64,000 nt of DNA from Candidatus Latescibacterota bacterium (GCA_965204375.1 OZ241986.1:4896001-4960000), one strand, 5' to 3'. Positions 10,035-19,209 are shown, numbered from the stretch's first letter. Translations and numbers: made by a program. Notes: a model not told the origin generated them from the letters alone.

Positions 10035-12310
10035 CAGTTTTTCCTTTCTTCAATCTCCAACGATTCCATTATCTCACGGAAAATGTCTTGTTCTATCTTC
10101 TCCACCGCGGGCTTCGACGCGCCAAAACGCAACTCAATCCCTCTGTCCTGAAGGATTGGAATGTGCGCATTGATTGATGTCGCACTCAACGGATTATTCC
10201 GTACATCAACCCGATCTCCACTGTCCAATCCCGTATTTGCGACCAGGGGCGAAAGATCCGAGATGTTGTTACTGGAAAGAGATAGCGACCTTAGATTGGT
10301 CAAGCCGGACAGGACAGATATATCCGAAATGTTGTTTCTAAAAAGACTCAGCGATACCAGGTTGTTCAAGCCGGATAGTGCAGATATATCCGAGATGCTG
10401 TTGGTGCTAAGAAACAGCGACCTTAGATTGGTCAAGCCGGACAGTGCAGATATATCCGAAATGTTGTTGCCGGAAAGCAACAGCGACCTCAGCCTGGTCA
10501 AGCCGGACAGGACAGATATATCCGAGATGCTGTTGCGGTAAAGATCCAGCCGTGCCAGATTGGTCAAGCCGGACAGGGAGGATACATCCGAGATGCTGTT
10601 GGTGTCAAGATCCAGCCATTCCAGATTGGCCAAGCCCGACAGGGGCGAGGGATCCGAGATACTGTTCTTGTCAAGATCCAGCCGTGCCAGATTGGTCAAA
10701 CCGGATAGGGGCGTGAGGTCCGAGATACTGTTCTTGTCAAGATACAGCCGTTCCAGGTTGGTCAAGTCTGATAGAGTACCAGAGAGTGCAGAAAGGTCTG
10801 AGATTGAGTTGCCGCCAAGATCCAGCGTTCTCAGGTTGGTCAAGCCCGATAGAGGCGAGAAATCGGAAATATGGTTACTATTAACATAACCCACACCAGA
10901 CACGAATTCTGTGCCGAGGTCCAAACTCGTCAGACTGGTTGCCAACTCAAGCCCGGTCAAGTCCCTGATGTTCGAGTTCGGAACTTCAAGTTCTGGGAAG
11001 AATGCCATCTCAAAATCGGTGATCGGATCATCTGATGCCTTGCCCATAGCGATCTTAATCGCCGCACGCAAGTTGGCATCCGGGATATTTGCTTCTGATA
11101 GGTTGAACAGACGCGACAGTATTGACCTGTCCCTGATCATAGTATCGTTGTAAAGAATCAGCACTGCCAGATTGGTTAAGCCCGACAATGGCGAGATGTC
11201 CGAGATAATGTTATGGGAAAGGTTCAGCGATGTCAGATTGGTTAAGCCCGACAATGGCGAGATATCCGGGAATAAATTGCCGGAAAGGATCAGCACTGTC
11301 AGGTTGGTCAAGCCTGATAGAGGTGTGAGGTCCGAGATGATATTATCGGAAAGGATCAGCGATGTCAGGCTGGTCAAGCCCGACAATGGTGTAAGGTCTG
11401 AGATGATATTATTGGAAAGGTTCAGTGATATCAGACCCGTTGCAAATTCGAGTCCGGTTAAATCGCGAATATCCGAATCCTGTGCCTCAAGGCGTATCAA
11501 ACTCGCCATCTCTGCTCTGCTGATTGACGCACCACTCGCCTTGCGCAGTGCAGTCTCGATTGCTGCGCGCAGGTCCGCATCTGGAATGGTAACCGGCGTT
11601 TCCGGTCCACCGCCACCATTGTTAGACGTAGATACCTCTTTGCCAAAGCTACTGCTAAAGAGCAGAAAATCGCCAAAGCCAATCGCGCCATCGCTGTCCA
11701 GATCGTACTTCGCTTCATATCTCCCATCGTCTTGACGCGCCCCAAACTGACCCGCAAACGCCAAAAAGTCCGAAAAGCCAACCTGACCATCTCCATCAAA
11801 GTCTGAGGTAAGGTCTTGTAAATTTAATTCAACACGCACATCCATAGTTGTGCTTTCAAATTGTCCACCCCGACTGAGTTCTGCACGCACCAACCGAATC
11901 GCCGTGCCCGAAAATGCAGCCGTTGTGCGAAAGCGAACTGTACCCACCAGACCGCTATTGGCAGTTGCACGACCGCCCAGAGATGCAATGCCAATTTCGA
12001 CAAAACCTGTACCTTGCTCTGGAAGTGCCTGCGCATTGGGCAACACATCGCCCACATCAAAACCCTCATACACAACCTGACTGGCGTCGTATTCAAAACG
12101 CGCAGCAAGGCCATTCGCATTCTGAATACCTGTGCCGAAGATCTGAATAGCGACAACCTGATCAACGGACACATTGAGGGACGTAACTGATTGATCGCCC
12201 GCGGTATCATTTACATCCAGCGATAGGGAAAAGGTATTTTGTGCCGAAAGAGACAGGGGGGACATCAGAAGCGCGAGTGTTGATAAAGTTGACAGAACTA
12301 TATTCCGCAT
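10034..12310 (-). CDS. Secreted LRR protein: cohesin-like domain, paired EF-hand (dockerin-like) domain and two internalin-type LRR blocks
   Basis: Signal peptide, then a beta-rich domain of about 140 aa (RFEYDASQVVY...SGLVGTVRFRT), DFDGDGQVGFSDFL...YDLDSDGAIGFGDFL, two IPDAxLRAAI caps and 22-aa LRRs. Confidence 0.88.
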   Translation of the reverse strand: MRNIVLSTLSTLALLMSPLSLSAQNTFSLSLDVNDTAGDQSVTSLNVSVDQVVAIQIFGTGIQNANGLAARFEYDASQVVYEGFDVGDVLPNAQALPEQGTGFVEIGIASLGGRATANSGLVGTVRFRTTAAFSGTAIRLVRAELSRGGQFESTTMDVRVELNLQDLTSDFDGDGQVGFSDFLAFAGQFGARQDDGRYEAKYDLDSDGAIGFGDFLLFSSSFGKEVSTSNNGGGGPETPVTIPDADLRAAIETALRKASGASISRAEMASLIRLEAQDSDIRDLTGLEFATGLISLNLSNNIISDLTPLSGLTSLTSLILSDNIISDLTPLSGLTNLTVLILSGNLFPDISPLSGLTNLTSLNLSHNIISDISPLSGLTNLAVLILYNDTMIRDRSILSRLFNLSEANIPDANLRAAIKIAMGKASDDPITDFEMAFFPELEVPNSNIRDLTGLELATSLTSLDLGTEFVSGVGYVNSNHISDFSPLSGLTNLRTLDLGGNSISDLSALSGTLSDLTNLERLYLDKNSISDLTPLSGLTNLARLDLDKNSISDPSPLSGLANLEWLDLDTNSISDVSSLSGLTNLARLDLYRNSISDISVLSGLTRLRSLLLSGNNISDISALSGLTNLRSLFLSTNSISDISALSGLNNLVSLSLFRNNISDISVLSGLTNLRSLSLSSNNISDLSPLVANTGLDSGDRVDVRNNPLSATSINAHIPILQDRGIELRFGASKPAVEKIEQDIFREIMESLEIEERKN

Positions 12311-12350
12311 CGGGTTCTCCCTGAGTTACAAATTTTAAAGCTGACCGCCT

Positions 12351-13043
12351 TTAATTATTAATCGCCTGTCGCGCCGCTTCCAGGAACGTTTCGTAATTCT
12401 GAGCACTACGTAATACGCGGACAATTACACCTCTGGCGTCCAGGAACAGCGAAGAGGGATAGCTTGTAACCTCATACGCATTGCGCGCTTCTCCCGTCGA
12501 GTCGAGAACAAAGGTCCAGGTGTAGCCATATCTCGTCACAAAACGCAGCTCCTGGATGCGCGTGTCTCTTACGCCAATGCCGACAATATGGATAGAGTCA
12601 CCCATGGTATTTTGCAACTTTTGTATGGCGGGCATTTCGGCAACACAGGGAGGACACCAGGTTCCCCAGAAGTTGAGGAACACGGGTTTGCCGCGTTGTT
12701 CATAGAGATTGAACGATTCGCCAGTGAGGGTTCTCAGCGTAAAGTCGGGCGCTTGCATTCCAACTTGAATGCCAACGGGAGCGTCGGTGGTTGGCGGAGG
12801 GGTTGTTGGGGTGACTGTCTGCCCGTAGAATTGGGCAAATACGACAAAGTCCCGAAAATTGACTGCGCCATCCCCATTCAAGTCAAACTGAGTCTGGGTT
12901 GTCCCATACCCCTGTGAAAATGCGATAAAATCGGCAAAATCCACTTTGCCGCTGTTATTGAAATCGCAATCTGCTGCGGTTGGCGCTGCGTGTACATAGG
13001 CAGGCAGGAGCAGGAAAATCAATATCATGACATACTTAAACAT
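12351..13043 (-). CDS. Secreted TlpA/ResA-family thioredoxin with N-terminal paired EF-hand (dockerin-like) domain
   Basis: Signal peptide, DFNNSGKVDFADFI...FDLNGDGAVNFRDFV, a Pro/Thr linker, APDFTL, NFWGTWCPPC and a YP cis-Pro motif. RBS GGAGGT lies upstream of the ATG at 13043. Confidence 0.9.
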   Translation of the reverse strand: MFKYVMILIFLLLPAYVHAAPTAADCDFNNSGKVDFADFIAFSQGYGTTQTQFDLNGDGAVNFRDFVVFAQFYGQTVTPTTPPPTTDAPVGIQVGMQAPDFTLRTLTGESFNLYEQRGKPVFLNFWGTWCPPCVAEMPAIQKLQNTMGDSIHIVGIGVRDTRIQELRFVTRYGYTWTFVLDSTGEARNAYEVTSYPSSLFLDARGVIVRVLRSAQNYETFLEAARQAINN

Positions 13044-13105
13044 GAGCATACCTCCAGAAACGCGAGCATATTCATTGATCATTTGTCATACAAGTAATGC
13101 TGTTA

Positions 13106-13188
13106 TGCGAAATAATTAGCATATAAATTTCAAAAAAAATAGCCAATTAAAAACTCGTTGTCAAGGATAGAGTGCGAAATAATTAGCA
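13106..13188 (-). promoter_or_regulatory. Sigma70-type promoter flanked by two identical 16-bp quasi-palindromic operators
   Basis: The minus strand reads TTGACA-17-TATTTT at about 13164-13136. TGCGAAATAATTAGCA occurs at 13106-13121 and 13173-13188. Confidence 0.7.
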
Positions 13189-13295
13189 GTACTTTCGATA
13201 CCCACAATCGGACCACCCACAAACACTTCTTCTCCCAGCGGATACCCACACCAGGCATCTAACTGTTCCATCACGCCACAGAGTATGTCTTAGTC

Positions 13296-13373
13296 TTACT
13301 CCTCCACTGCGGGCTTCGACGCACCAAAGTTCACATCAACCCCTCTATCCTGAAGGAAATATGCGTTCTGTGT
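13296..13373 (-). pseudogene. 3'-terminal remnant of a third LRR gene
   Basis: The minus strand reads HRTHI/LQDRGVDVNFGASKPAVEE*, matching the C-termini of the two intact LRR genes. Confidence 0.8.
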
Positions 13374-13375
13374 GA

Positions 13376-15616
13376 TTACGATAAGTTCTCCACCGCCTCA
13401 ACAAGAGCCTCTGTAGTAATCCCAAAATGTGCCCAGGTCGCTTCGAGGCCTTCTGACGGTGCAATCCTCGGATCTGTAATCCCCACATGCGCGTGGGCAA
13501 TGCTACACGACGAACCCACCAGACCCGCAAACCCGCGCAAACCCGTCTCAGGCGTCCCAATTTTTCCATCTTCAATCGTCACCACGCCCTCGTAATTCTC
13601 CAGCACCTCATTCAGCGCCCCATCGGGCAGCGGCAATCCATTGACCACATATACATCTGTCGGCTTGCCCTGCGCGAGCAAAACCTCGGCAGCTTCCGCA
13701 CCCAAAAAAGCCGGCGCGCCAAAAGCCAGAATCGCGTGCCTTGCCCCATCGTATTTGCGGAAAGTCGTAATCGGCTCCCATGCCTCTCCCGGATTCCACA
13801 GAGAACCCGACCCATCCTGCTTTTGCAAAACCGGCAAACCCGAATCGCGCGGCACCCCAATAATATGCCCGCCGTAATGCGCCGCCATATCCTTCACCGC
13901 CAAAAACGCCACACGCGCATCTGCCGGTGCGTAAAACCGGTGCAAATAGGGCAAATACGTCAGCCCCACGTTAATCCAGTCAAGTCCCCAACCCGAAAAA
14001 TGATCGCGCCCCGTACACGCACCCACATGAGACAGATGAAACACCACATTAATCCCCTCATTCACCCCATTCAAATTGCGCTGATACTGCCACATATCAA
14101 ACCCCTCGCGCGCAATCCCCTCAAAAAACGCGGCAAAAGTCGAAACCACATTGAGCTGTGGCTCGTGCGAACTCATCGCCAGACCATTGGCAATAAGCGT
14201 TGCCGCTTGCTCTTCAATACTCATCTCAAACTGGTGATCATCTGACAAATGTGCCCGAGCAGCCGCCAATTTTGTCGAAGGATCCAAATCGCAACTCACC
14301 ACAAACACGCGATCCGGATGCGCCTCTGCCACCAGAGCATAAGCCGCGGCCGCACCATCGCGCGGACTCGCCTGCTCAGTCGGCAACTCAGCCGTCGCTG
14401 CTTTCCCCGCCGGAATCTCCAAATTCGCACTACCGGGTGCTGGCCTCGCCCTTGTAACAACCGTGCGCGACCCATTCTGCCGAAGCGTTGCAAGCGCCCC
14501 TGCTTGATCAGCCGTCGCCTCAAACATCGCCCCACCGAGCACCTCTGCCTCAACGCGCCCCTGCATACTCCCATCGTGATGATTCTCTCCACCCGGCAAA
14601 TCATTCACCAAAAACAAACACTCTATCATCGGCACTGTATCGCGAAAACTCATCAGCGACCCCGGAATCCACACCTGCTTATCCATCGGCACATCGTGTT
14701 GCGCGGCAAATGCCTCCACCGCCTCGGTTACCCCATAGCGCTCGCCAAAAGTCCTCAGCGTCACATCGTCCCCGGAAAACCCCGTGGGATAAATCAGACT
14801 CGGCTTACCCTCCTGCACGAGACTGTACCCCTCTCGATAAGCCTGATAAAGCGCGGCATTATCGTGAAGCGACGCAACCTCTATCACCTCCACGCCCATC
14901 GCAGAAATAGCACTTCGCGGATCCACATCCATAATACTCGCCGTACTGCCCGACAACTGAATGCCATTGCGGTGCATCACATAAGTAATCGGCGCACCGT
15001 GTACACTCGCCCCATTAAACCCATTGAGACCCTGTCCCGAAATCCACCCCGCATCCCCACAATGGGCAATCACCCATGCATCGTCACACAATGCCTTCTT
15101 GCCCAACGCCAGCCCCACAGCCACCGGAATCATCACCCCCAAACGCCCACCATTGAGCTGTGTTCCCCCCGGCAACCAGGCCACGTGCCCGGGAAAATCC
15201 AGCCCGCGCCGAAACCGCTCGACAACGCCCTCTGCCTCCACAAAACCAAACGCCGCCAACGCCGAATAATACCCGACACTCGTATGCGCGTGCTCAATTG
15301 TATAAGTACGCGTATCGTAATCCGCCACAGATAGCGTCATCAACAACCCAGGGATCAATTCCAATCCCCCGCCCAGATGGTCCAATTCTCCAATCTCTGC
15401 CAACGACGTCAGCGCCCGAATCGCCGTGCGCGCGCTCTCAATCTGCAACGCCGTCAACGCCCGGTCTTCCGCTTCGCCAAGCGTCTCGGTCGTCGCAATA
15501 TCAATATGCAACCCCAGAACATCGGACGCGATCTCATCCCCGAGAAATTGCGTATCCTTCAACAGCGCATCATTGCGCTCCCCTTGCCTTTCTGCCAACG
15601 CCTTCATATTCGACAT
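13376..15616 (-). CDS. Transketolase-like thiamine-diphosphate enzyme (single chain)
   Basis: DHLGG, EHAH, FPGH, the ThDP-binding GDAG...N motif, DLDPST, SIEEQ and TFAAF. RBS GGGGAG precedes the ATG at 15616. Confidence 0.8.
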   Translation of the reverse strand: MSNMKALAERQGERNDALLKDTQFLGDEIASDVLGLHIDIATTETLGEAEDRALTALQIESARTAIRALTSLAEIGELDHLGGGLELIPGLLMTLSVADYDTRTYTIEHAHTSVGYYSALAAFGFVEAEGVVERFRRGLDFPGHVAWLPGGTQLNGGRLGVMIPVAVGLALGKKALCDDAWVIAHCGDAGWISGQGLNGFNGASVHGAPITYVMHRNGIQLSGSTASIMDVDPRSAISAMGVEVIEVASLHDNAALYQAYREGYSLVQEGKPSLIYPTGFSGDDVTLRTFGERYGVTEAVEAFAAQHDVPMDKQVWIPGSLMSFRDTVPMIECLFLVNDLPGGENHHDGSMQGRVEAEVLGGAMFEATADQAGALATLRQNGSRTVVTRARPAPGSANLEIPAGKAATAELPTEQASPRDGAAAAYALVAEAHPDRVFVVSCDLDPSTKLAAARAHLSDDHQFEMSIEEQAATLIANGLAMSSHEPQLNVVSTFAAFFEGIAREGFDMWQYQRNLNGVNEGINVVFHLSHVGACTGRDHFSGWGLDWINVGLTYLPYLHRFYAPADARVAFLAVKDMAAHYGGHIIGVPRDSGLPVLQKQDGSGSLWNPGEAWEPITTFRKYDGARHAILAFGAPAFLGAEAAEVLLAQGKPTDVYVVNGLPLPDGALNEVLENYEGVVTIEDGKIGTPETGLRGFAGLVGSSCSIAHAHVGITDPRIAPSEGLEATWAHFGITTEALVEAVENLS

Positions 15617-15792
15617 AATCTCTCCCCAGCCAGTGATAAACAGATCGTCATACGGTAACAATTCTAAAATAAACGTTCACCCCACAACAATCCAGAAAAA
15701 TCCCATACACAAAATTCTGGCATCCATGCCCTGTCTATATTATGTTTCAGATCAGGATTAACAGGATTCCCCACCCCGCCACCGATGGGTGC

Positions 15793-15818
15793 GGGCGACC
15801 ACGGGGAGTTGCCCCTAC
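15793..15818 (-). repeat. GTAG-type REP-like palindrome
   Basis: The minus strand reads GTAGGGGCAACTCCCCGTGGTCGCCC. It is related to the copy at 16626-16652. Confidence 0.6.
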
Positions 15819-15852
15819 GGAAAATCACACTTTCTTTTTAAGGAGTCCAAAA

Positions 15853-16623
15853 ATGCCAACTATGATCGCCGCGCAAATGTACACCGTGCGCGACTTTACC
15901 AAAACCATCTCAGACATTGTCGAATCCGTAAAAAAAGTAAAAGCCATTGGTTACGACGCCATGCAAGTCTCCGGCTTTGGTCCCATTGACCCCGAAGAAC
16001 TCAAACAAATCGCCGATGACAACGACATTGAAATCTGCGCCACACACACCGGTTTTGACCGCATGCGCGACGACACACAAGCCGTGATAGACGAACACCT
16101 CCTCTGGAACTGCAAATATCCCGCCATCGGCAGCCTGCCCCAGTCGTATCGGGAAGACGGTGAAGCCGGTTATATCCGCTTTGCCAAAGACGCCTCTGAA
16201 GTCGGTCGCAAACTCGCCGACGCGGGCCTGACCTTTGCGTATCACAACCACAACTTTGAATTTCAAAAATTCGGCAACCGCACCGCCCTTGAAATCATCC
16301 TGCAAGAAACAGATCCCAAAGCAGTACAACTCGAAATCGACGTGTACTGGGTGCAGGCAGGAGGTGGCGACCCCGCCGAATGGATCCGCAAAGCCAAAAC
16401 CCGCATAGACCTCGTCCACGTCAAAGACATGGCCATTGAAGGCCGCGAAACGCGCTTTGCCGAAGTCGGCGAAGGCAACCTCAACTGGCCCGCCATCTTT
16501 GAAGCCGGGCGCGAATCCGGCACGCGCTGGTACATCGTCGAACAGGACCGCTGCTACGACCGCGACCCTTTCGACAGCCTCAAAATCAGCTACGATAACC
16601 TCGTCGCCATGGGTTTGTCTTGA
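15853..16623 (+). CDS. Sugar phosphate isomerase/epimerase (IolE/xylose-isomerase-like)
   Basis: Motifs QMYTVRD, YHNHNFEF, EIDVYW, HVKD, VGEGNLNW and VEQD, with RBS aaggag. Confidence 0.9.
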   Translation: MPTMIAAQMYTVRDFTKTISDIVESVKKVKAIGYDAMQVSGFGPIDPEELKQIADDNDIEICATHTGFDRMRDDTQAVIDEHLLWNCKYPAIGSLPQSYREDGEAGYIRFAKDASEVGRKLADAGLTFAYHNHNFEFQKFGNRTALEIILQETDPKAVQLEIDVYWVQAGGGDPAEWIRKAKTRIDLVHVKDMAIEGRETRFAEVGEGNLNWPAIFEAGRESGTRWYIVEQDRCYDRDPFDSLKISYDNLVAMGLS

Positions 16624-16625
16624 GC

Positions 16626-16652
16626 GGGCGGGCACGGGGGCACCGCCCCTAC
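16626..16652 (-). repeat. GTAG-type REP-like palindrome
   Basis: The minus strand reads GTAGGGGCGGTGCCCCCGTGCCCGCCC. Confidence 0.6.
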
Positions 16653-16693
16653 ACAATAATATCATCGCATCCGTCTTTCATCTGGAGTACCCC

Positions 16694-17203
16694 ATGCCTT
16701 ACACAGATCACATAGAGCAGGCCAAAGACCCCGTCACCTGCGCTGTACTCACCATCAGCGACACGCGCACCGAAGCCGATGACAAGAGCGGCAAAATCAT
16801 AAAAGAACTGGTCGAAGCCGCCGGTCACAGCATCGCGTTTTACCGCGTGGTCAAAGACGAAGCCGACCAGATACGCGTGCTCATCAAACAAATCGCCCAA
16901 AAAGGCGAATGCCACGTCATCCTCACCAATGGCGGCACCGGCATTGCCGCGCGCGATACCACCTATGAAGCCGTCACAAGTCTGCTTGAAAAACGCCTCG
17001 ACGGATTTGGCGAGGTATTTCGCTTTCTCTCATGGGAAGACATCGGCTCGGGCGCCATGCTCTCTCGCGCCGTAGCAGGCGTGTACAAAGACACCATGAT
17101 CTTCTGCATGCCGGGATCATCTGGCGCCGTGCAACTCGCCATGGAAAAACTCATCGTACCCGAACTATCACACCTCGTCTGGGAAATCTGGCGGCAAAAA
17201 TGA
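16694..17203 (+). CDS. moaB: Molybdenum cofactor biosynthesis protein B (MogA/MoaB family)
   Basis: Motifs TISDTR, DKSG, TNGGTG, RDTTYE, GFGE, AMLSRA and PGS. Confidence 0.9.
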   Translation: MPYTDHIEQAKDPVTCAVLTISDTRTEADDKSGKIIKELVEAAGHSIAFYRVVKDEADQIRVLIKQIAQKGECHVILTNGGTGIAARDTTYEAVTSLLEKRLDGFGEVFRFLSWEDIGSGAMLSRAVAGVYKDTMIFCMPGSSGAVQLAMEKLIVPELSHLVWEIWRQK

Positions 17204-17335
17204 ACGCGGATGAAAACCACAAGTATCCGCAGATGGACGCAGAAAAAACGCAGATGAAAGGCATCTTTCTTTCGACAACACACGAAATATAATGAGAAAA
17301 ACAGCCTGTGAATCAAATGATGCGGCACAGACAGT

Positions 17336-17473
17336 CCCTTGTTGCGTGACGAAAATATTCAGCAGGAGATAAACAACAGAGTTTTGGATGGAAACAAAAA
17401 ACGGACGGAAGCCTACGATTTAGAGCAAGAGGCATTAACCGTTCTCGATGAGCAAGTCATTTATGCACAGTAA
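17336..17473 (+). pseudogene. 3' remnant resembling a restriction-modification specificity (S) subunit C-terminus
   Basis: Reads PLLRDENIQQEINNRVLDGNKKRTEAYDLEQEALTVLDEQVIYAQ* with no credible start. The pattern matches the conserved helical end of HsdS-like proteins. Confidence 0.55.
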
Positions 17474-17531
17474 GCCCGCCAAGCACATCCAGTCGCTCCA
17501 ATGGAACGCCCAAAACCAGATTTTTAACACA

Positions 17532-17792
17532 ATGTCCGCGATATCCTTAATCTCACTTAAAATTCAGAAAACACCCGGCGTCTGCGGTGGTAGAGCATGC
17601 GTGGGCAACACGCGCATTCCCGTTTGGACGTTGATCGGATTTCTTAAGCAGGGCGCAAACGATGAAGATATGATACGGGCTTATCCAGTACTCACTATTG
17701 ATCATCTAAATCTCGTGCGGGAATACTACGAAGCGAATCGCGCAGAAATTGACCGCGATATTCGAGAACAGGAAATTCCAGCGCGTGGCTGA
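17532..17792 (+). CDS. DUF433-domain protein (putative antitoxin), no cognate toxin downstream
   Basis: Motifs TPGVCGGRACVGNTRIPVW, YPVL and YYEANRAEID. Confidence 0.8.
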   Translation: MSAISLISLKIQKTPGVCGGRACVGNTRIPVWTLIGFLKQGANDEDMIRAYPVLTIDHLNLVREYYEANRAEIDRDIREQEIPARG

Positions 17793-18001
17793 CCAGTCTG
17801 CCGAATACCAAAACACAAGGCTCAAGGATCATACCAGATTGATGGGGGTAGAACTTGTTCCATACTCACTAAATCTGGGTGCTATAATTGTGACTATTGA
17901 CTTTGTAAATAGTCCGCTTGACGCTTGAAGGCTTGATTTTATAGATGTATCTTAGTACATTGAATCATATCGCACAACACCATAAACGGAGGAGAAGCGA
18001 C

Positions 18002-18211
18002 ATGTCCACACAGCCAGCAAATCAATCCGATTCCAGCCGTGAGCGAGAACGTGCCGTTATGCTGGAGGATGCGTTGGCCCGACCAGGGGTCCGCGAAGTA
18101 ATGCGAGCTTACCAGAACTACCAAGAGGCAGATAGGGGGCTTGATCCTTACCGCTTGGCAGCTAGTCGCCCGAAAACCGTGACCGTATCTAATAGTACTA
18201 ACTACGCCTGA
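18002..18211 (+). CDS. 69-aa hypothetical peptide upstream of a ClpP-fold protease
   Basis: Strong RBS GGAGGAG, a promoter-like TTGAAG-17-TATCTT upstream, and a 23-nt gap to the next gene. Confidence 0.7.
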   Translation: MSTQPANQSDSSRERERAVMLEDALARPGVREVMRAYQNYQEADRGLDPYRLAASRPKTVTVSNSTNYA

Positions 18212-18234
18212 GCTTACATGAAGGATAACATTTT

Positions 18235-19209
18235 ATGCCAGTGTGGAGCGAAATCTTCACGGAACTTCTTGCAACTGGACAACCGCCCCATTTAGACTTT
18301 GACGGTATCAGAAGAAAATATCTCCTGGAATTGAATAATCACACAAGACGTAATGTTGTCCTATACGCTTCGGGATGGCTTCAGAAGGGGGACGCGCCTT
18401 CCATTTTGATCAGCGATGAGGACATTCACGCCCTCATGGAAGTAACATCGGGATTAAACGGTGGCGAGCTTGACCTGATTCTACATAGCCCTGGAGGTTC
18501 TCCCAATGCGGCTGAGGCTATAGTCTCTTATTTACGATCTCGATTCTCTCACATTCGGGTAATTGTTCCCCTGTACGCTAAGTCTGCGGCGGCCATGATT
18601 TCATGCGCTGCTGATGAGATTGTGTTAGGTAAGCACTCATTTCTGGGGCCGACCGACCCGCAAATTTTGCTTACCACCGCTTTAGGGTTTCGCCCTGTTC
18701 CTGCTCAGGCTGTCTTAGACCAGTTCGACAAAGCCCAAAAGGAATGCTCTGATCCAAAAAAATTACCGGCTTGGGTACCCATGTTGAGTCAATACGGCCC
18801 TGACTTCTTGATCCAATGTGAAAGAGCACTGGCCTTGTCCAAGGAACTTGTGAGAACTTGGTTGGAAGCCTATATGTTTAAAGACTGTGCCGATGGCCCA
18901 GAGAAGGCAAGGGTAGCCGCTAAGTGGCTTGCTGATCACAAGAATTTCAAGAGCCATGGGCGCCACATATCACAAAAAGCCCTCCTGGAGCATGGTCTGA
19001 GAGTGACTGAGCTTGAAGACGATCCTGATTTACAAGACCTCAGTTTGTCGGTATTTCACGCAACGACTCATACATTTAGCTTGACTCCTATAGTCAAGAT
19101 CGTTGAAAGCCATACCGGTCATGCATTTATCCAGCATTACAGACCTCCACCATCTCCACAACAGGCAATTCAAGTTGATTTGGGCATTGCCCCTGACCAA
19201 CCTATGTGA
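18235..19209 (+). CDS. SDH-family (DUF114) ClpP/S49-fold serine protease
   Basis: Motifs LDLILHSPGG, AKSAA (catalytic Ser), LGPTDPQ and HGRHI. Confidence 0.85.
   Translation: MPVWSEIFTELLATGQPPHLDFDGIRRKYLLELNNHTRRNVVLYASGWLQKGDAPSILISDEDIHALMEVTSGLNGGELDLILHSPGGSPNAAEAIVSYLRSRFSHIRVIVPLYAKSAAAMISCAADEIVLGKHSFLGPTDPQILLTTALGFRPVPAQAVLDQFDKAQKECSDPKKLPAWVPMLSQYGPDFLIQCERALALSKELVRTWLEAYMFKDCADGPEKARVAAKWLADHKNFKSHGRHISQKALLEHGLRVTELEDDPDLQDLSLSVFHATTHTFSLTPIVKIVESHTGHAFIQHYRPPPSPQQAIQVDLGIAPDQPM

Noticed and set aside
8700-11450. Regular ~66-bp periodicity as a possible CRISPR array or DGR template/variable repeat
   Set aside because: The repeats are in-frame coding LRR units without unique spacers. 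There are no cas genes or reverse transcriptase, and I saw no adenine-specific mismatch pattern.
8374-11735. Long plus-strand ORFs with repetitive RLVKPDRG motifs (8374-9483, 11172-11735 and others)
   Set aside because: They are antisense shadows of the 66-nt LRR repeats, have no RBS, and the minus-strand genes have coherent domain structure.
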